Source of the DNA: Patescibacteria group bacterium
Lineage (GTDB): Bacteria; Patescibacteriota; Minisyncoccia; Phycocordibacterales; Phycocordibacteraceae
Reading direction: 5' to 3'
Length of the DNA stretch: 64,000 nucleotides
Assembly: GCA_019744845.1 (NCBI GenBank)
Contig: JAIETW010000001.1
Location: 354,859-418,858, forward strand
The translations under genes and the position numbers were made by a program. The notes beneath the pieces are model-generated. The model had not been told where the DNA came from and did no database searches. It saw nothing but the letters and a program-made list of their open reading frames with translations. Of this stretch, positions 60,357 to 64,000 are shown one piece after another; the first letter of the stretch is position 1; each line of letters begins with the position of its first letter.

Positions 60357-60953
60357 CTATTTGAATCCAAGGTGTTTGCGGTACACCGCGAAAATGAGCG
60401 CGATGTTCGCGATAAGGAGATAAATCTGGAATGCAGAGTTCTCAATATTCCACACAGGGATAGACGGCAAGACGAGGAGCACCGCCACGAGGCCCGCCAC
60501 ATAGGTAATCTTAGTTTCCGTTTCTGGAAACTTCCACGCCTTAATAATGGTAGGAAGTGCCGCGAATCCATCGGCAATCGCAAGAAAGAGAATTGCTATC
60601 ACTGGTGAGTTCGCAAATCCCCAAAATCCAAGCGCCACAACCGCAAACGCTCCGCAAAAATAATCAAAGAGGGTGAGCTTCCAATAGCTTTGTGGATTTA
60701 CAAATGATACGAAAAATACAATGAGTGGGATAAGCCCTGAAATAAAGACACGCACCGTGGCCCAGAAATCTGCTCCTGCAGAAATAGCGGCTGCTCCACC
60801 AAGCAGTGGCGCGAATGCCCAGAGTGCATAGGACACGCGGTTTGGCTTCGTGGTGCCACGAAGGGTATCCCGTATGTACGCACTGGCGCCTGCGATACTA
60901 ATACAGGCGCTCAGTATCACCAGCCAATGCACGAACGCAATTTCTAGAACCAT
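60357..60953 (-). CDS. Multi-pass membrane protein
   Basis: YIRDTLRG.TKPN, PTIIKAWK.PETE; about seven hydrophobic segments. Confidence 0.7.
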   Translation of the reverse strand: MVLEIAFVHWLVILSACISIAGASAYIRDTLRGTTKPNRVSYALWAFAPLLGGAAAISAGADFWATVRVFISGLIPLIVFFVSFVNPQSYWKLTLFDYFCGAFAVVALGFWGFANSPVIAILFLAIADGFAALPTIIKAWKFPETETKITYVAGLVAVLLVLPSIPVWNIENSAFQIYLLIANIALIFAVYRKHLGFK

Positions 60954-61660
60954 GGTTTTGGTTTGGGCCTATTGAGATTTGGCTGCGGTTGGGTGAGGTC
61001 CACCTGATCCGCCGCATCAATCTGCTTCTGACGATACTCGTCTTGGTATTGGGTATGAGATTTTCCTGTTCTCTTTTGTGACTGTGCTTCCGCCGCATCA
61101 GCTAACGGAGAATTCGCTTCGTACATATCTGCACGCATACGTTCATATCTTTTTTGCGCAAATCCCGCAATACGTTTGTGTTTCCGCATAAACTCTCCGA
61201 GTTTCTCGTCACTCACATCTTGTAGGTCTCCGAGCGTCGCCTGCGCACGACTGACGAGGATAATGGCGACTACCCCAAGCGTAATTGCAGGAATTGCGTT
61301 GATTACCGGTATGACTTCAATCACAAACGTGGCCATGTGAATAAGCATTCGGATCGCAAACGCTTTCATTTTTTCTCCTCCACGCACATGTAAAAGAGCA
61401 AACCAGATCAAAAATACACACTGCGCAAGAAACCCTATGAAAAAAGAAAGTACGAGCGCTGCGGCGGTCCCAAGAAGCGGGATCACGTGGAGAAAATTGG
61501 TACCCGCTTGGGCCATATCAAACCCAAGCGCAACAATAATCATTAGGAGCGCAAGCGTGATACTTATGCGCGCTTTTTCAGTAACGACGGAACTAAGATC
61601 TTCCCGCGAAGGACCCGACTGGTCGTCTCCCGGCAGTGATTGGCGTGCAGGCTCCGCCAT
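60944..61660 (-). CDS. Membrane protein downstream of the VirB4-like ATPase
   Basis: Hydrophobic segments, IP.LG and EVIPVINAIP motifs. Confidence 0.65.
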   Translation of the reverse strand: MAEPARQSLPGDDQSGPSREDLSSVVTEKARISITLALLMIIVALGFDMAQAGTNFLHVIPLLGTAAALVLSFFIGFLAQCVFLIWFALLHVRGGEKMKAFAIRMLIHMATFVIEVIPVINAIPAITLGVVAIILVSRAQATLGDLQDVSDEKLGEFMRKHKRIAGFAQKRYERMRADMYEANSPLADAAEAQSQKRTGKSHTQYQDEYRQKQIDAADQVDLTQPQPNLNRPKPKPWF

Positions 61661-61663
61661 AGG

Positions 61664-63484
61664 CTACGCGCCTCCGAGGCGATCTTTCTCTTTCTTAATC
61701 GCAAGAAGCTGAGAAGGATCAGAGGTGATGATCTGGTCTTCGGTATAGGAGGCGACGATACGAATGGCGACGTGCTTCAACCCCGCAAAGAAGAGTCCCT
61801 CGCCCACCCCAGACTCTAGAAGAAGAAACTTCTCTTCTTCGGTAAGATTGAAAGTATCCTTCAGGGTATCAATGGTGGTTGGTGACTGTTTCAAGAGAAG
61901 CTGGATAGAGGAGTTCGTGAGAATTGGACGACCATAGGGACTACGCAAGAAGTCTTCCACATCCTGCGTGATAGTAGAGACCCCGAGATAGTATTTACGT
62001 CCGCGCTTTGCGAGTGAGTACAAGAATGACGCCGTGTCTTCGGATTTCATCATCCACCATGCCTCGTCAATCACGAGAAGGCGCTTCTTGAGTTCATGAC
62101 GCACCGCGTTCCAGATGAAGTGGGTAACGATGTACATCGCAACTGGCTTCAACTCATCCTCCATATCACGCACCGAGAACACGATGAACTGTTTATTGAT
62201 GTCCACGTTCGTTGGCTGGTTCAAGAATCCAGACCAGGTGCCGTGGGTGTACTTAGACAAACGGGTTACGAGTGACTGACTTCCCTCCATACCAGAAAGC
62301 ACGCTCTCAAAGTCAGAAAGGAGTGGTGCTTCCATCCCCGTGAAGTCCGCATCCCCCGTAATATCCTTCAGTGCATAGGTTTCGGTGATCGCACGATCCA
62401 CGAGCGCGTCTTCCTCCGGGGTAAGTCCGCCTAGCATAATGCGGAAGAGACCAACCAAGTTAATGATGTTGGAGCGAAGAATATCGGAAGGTTCCTCATC
62501 TTCCTTCACCGGTGGCAAATCAAATGGATTAATGTGGTGCTCAGAAGAAAGAGAGATGTTAAACAAACGTCCTCCCGTTGCTTCGGCGAGATACTCGTAT
62601 TCGCGCTCAGGGTCAATCACAATGACGTCGGTATCAAACATAAGCGAACGGAGAATCTCGAGCTTCACCGCATAGGATTTACCCGAACCCGACTTCGCAA
62701 ACACGACTGAGTTGTAGTTTTCAAGTGAGAAACGATCAAAGAGAATCAGTGAGGCATTATGACGATTGATACCGTAGAGAATGCCGCGGTCACTCGTGAG
62801 GTCAAAGGACACAAACGGGAAGATAGATGAGAGGGGTGAGGAGTTCATCTTTGAATGCACTGCAAGTTCGTCTGAGGCAAGGGGAAGTGTGGAGCGGAAT
62901 CCTTGTTCCTGCTGGAAGAGTGCGGGCTTGGTGTAGACGAGCTTGGCGTCCAAAATACCTCGCACCTCTCCTTCTATTTTGTCGAGCTCCTCAGGAGTAG
63001 AGCCATAGATCGTGAGATACACGCCCACATCAAAGAGACGCTCCTCTGCCTGCTGCAGACGATCGCGAAGATTTTCCAAGTCCTGATACGCCGTATCAAG
63101 CATCGGATCCCGCACCAATCCCTTTTCCTGACGCTCGGTGATCTGGCTTTCTACTTCTGCCACCTTCCGCTGGAAGTTACGCAGCGCAGAGCCGGTCTCC
63201 ACTGGGTGAATATGAATACCAATATCAAACACACGAGGAAGGTTCACAATTGGTGTGAACCAACTATCGGTGAGATAGCGTGGGTAGGAAATCGTATAGA
63301 AGGAACGAGAATACTTCTCACCAAGTGCAAGAGATTTTGGCTCTACCTTAAGCGCTGCAGGGGCAATGGTATCCGCAAGATCAAGCGCTCCCGCCGCATA
63401 GATATCAGGCGGCAACACAGGAGCCATCGTCGCGAGCGCGCCTTCTTGTTTTTTCTTACGGTTGAGGAAGTCGAGAAGTGCCAT
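61664..63484 (-). CDS. VirB4/TraE-like secretion ATPase
   Basis: AKSGSGKS Walker A, IDPEREY, INPF, VIDEAW, RGRKY, TQ. Confidence 0.9.
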   Translation of the reverse strand: MALLDFLNRKKKQEGALATMAPVLPPDIYAAGALDLADTIAPAALKVEPKSLALGEKYSRSFYTISYPRYLTDSWFTPIVNLPRVFDIGIHIHPVETGSALRNFQRKVAEVESQITERQEKGLVRDPMLDTAYQDLENLRDRLQQAEERLFDVGVYLTIYGSTPEELDKIEGEVRGILDAKLVYTKPALFQQEQGFRSTLPLASDELAVHSKMNSSPLSSIFPFVSFDLTSDRGILYGINRHNASLILFDRFSLENYNSVVFAKSGSGKSYAVKLEILRSLMFDTDVIVIDPEREYEYLAEATGGRLFNISLSSEHHINPFDLPPVKEDEEPSDILRSNIINLVGLFRIMLGGLTPEEDALVDRAITETYALKDITGDADFTGMEAPLLSDFESVLSGMEGSQSLVTRLSKYTHGTWSGFLNQPTNVDINKQFIVFSVRDMEDELKPVAMYIVTHFIWNAVRHELKKRLLVIDEAWWMMKSEDTASFLYSLAKRGRKYYLGVSTITQDVEDFLRSPYGRPILTNSSIQLLLKQSPTTIDTLKDTFNLTEEEKFLLLESGVGEGLFFAGLKHVAIRIVASYTEDQIITSDPSQLLAIKKEKDRLGGA

Positions 63485-63486
63485 AG

Positions 63487-64000
63487 TTATGTGTGCTGTT
63501 CGCCAAGGCGAAGTGGCGTATCAAGCTCAGAGAGATTGAATGAACGATACAAAAGTTCAATGACTTCTTCCGTCTTAAGCGGGACCGCACGAAGTCCTGC
63601 GGACGCCAGCCCGCCGGCGACCAACGACATGCGCTGCTCAAGCTGCACGCGATACTCATCAAACGAATCTGTTTCCCCTTGGAGCCCTGAACTCTTTTTT
63701 GATCCAAGAAACGGCAGCCCCTTCCCCACATTCCCAATGACCGCGGGTGTAAATGGCACCACCACATAGAAGAGCTTCGTCATGACATCGGTCCCTTGAA
63801 TAAAGTTACCAATGAACTGAATGTACTCACGCAACTGGATGCGCATGAGTTCTGAGCTTTGTTTATCCAAACGTTCATTCAAGAGCGCGAGGTATGGACG
63901 AATATCCATCTTGCGAGAGTGCACGACAATCTCTACCGAGAAATCAAGGGTATTCAAAAAGGTTTGGAACCCGCCGATGATGGCACGCTGTTCGTCTGCA
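63487..64000 (-). CDS. VirB4-associated (TraC/VirB4 N-terminal-like) protein, 5' end beyond the window
   Basis: Frame open to the window edge: EQRAIIGGFQTFLNTLDF...FYVVVPF...GL..GL...L.TEE.IEL.Y..FN. Confidence 0.75.
   Translation of the reverse strand, partial: ADEQRAIIGGFQTFLNTLDFSVEIVVHSRKMDIRPYLALLNERLDKQSSELMRIQLREYIQFIGNFIQGTDVMTKLFYVVVPFTPAVIGNVGKGLPFLGSKKSSGLQGETDSFDEYRVQLEQRMSLVAGGLASAGLRAVPLKTEEVIELLYRSFNLSELDTPLRLGEQHT

Overview
Chromosomal segment of a Patescibacteria (CPR, Parcubacteria-like) bacterium. The assignment is inferred from the absence of rpmD between rpsE and rplO, Lys-rich ribosomal-protein extensions, a CPR-type pilM-N-O-pilB cluster, a VirB4-like ATPase locus and little Shine-Dalgarno use; TGA serves as stop (code 11). 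The window holds type IV pilus/competence genes, scattered purA, purD and malic enzyme, cell-wall and surface proteins, recG, ftsH, smpB-ssrA, two tRNAs (Ser-GCT and an unusual Ile-TAT) and infC-rpmI-rplT. It also holds the str/S10/spc ribosomal cluster, which is split into separately promoted blocks by inserted orphan genes. Most notable signals: (1) a shared N-terminal (E/Q/R)GP(E/D/S) motif on unrelated orphan proteins, a possible export tag for the VirB4-like system; (2) a two-tier promoter grammar, with -10 box + 6 nt + ATG leaderless-like genes versus TTG-17-TA promoters with hairpin leaders for translation genes; (3) a two-methyltransferase islet flanked by a duplicated tmRNA 3' end; (4) a structured leader before a yhhQ-cofE-like operon; (5) a 6S-like rod-shaped ncRNA; (6) a Zn-free S14 with its own promoter and a Fur/Zur-like box. 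All product calls come from motif recognition by eye, not database searches.
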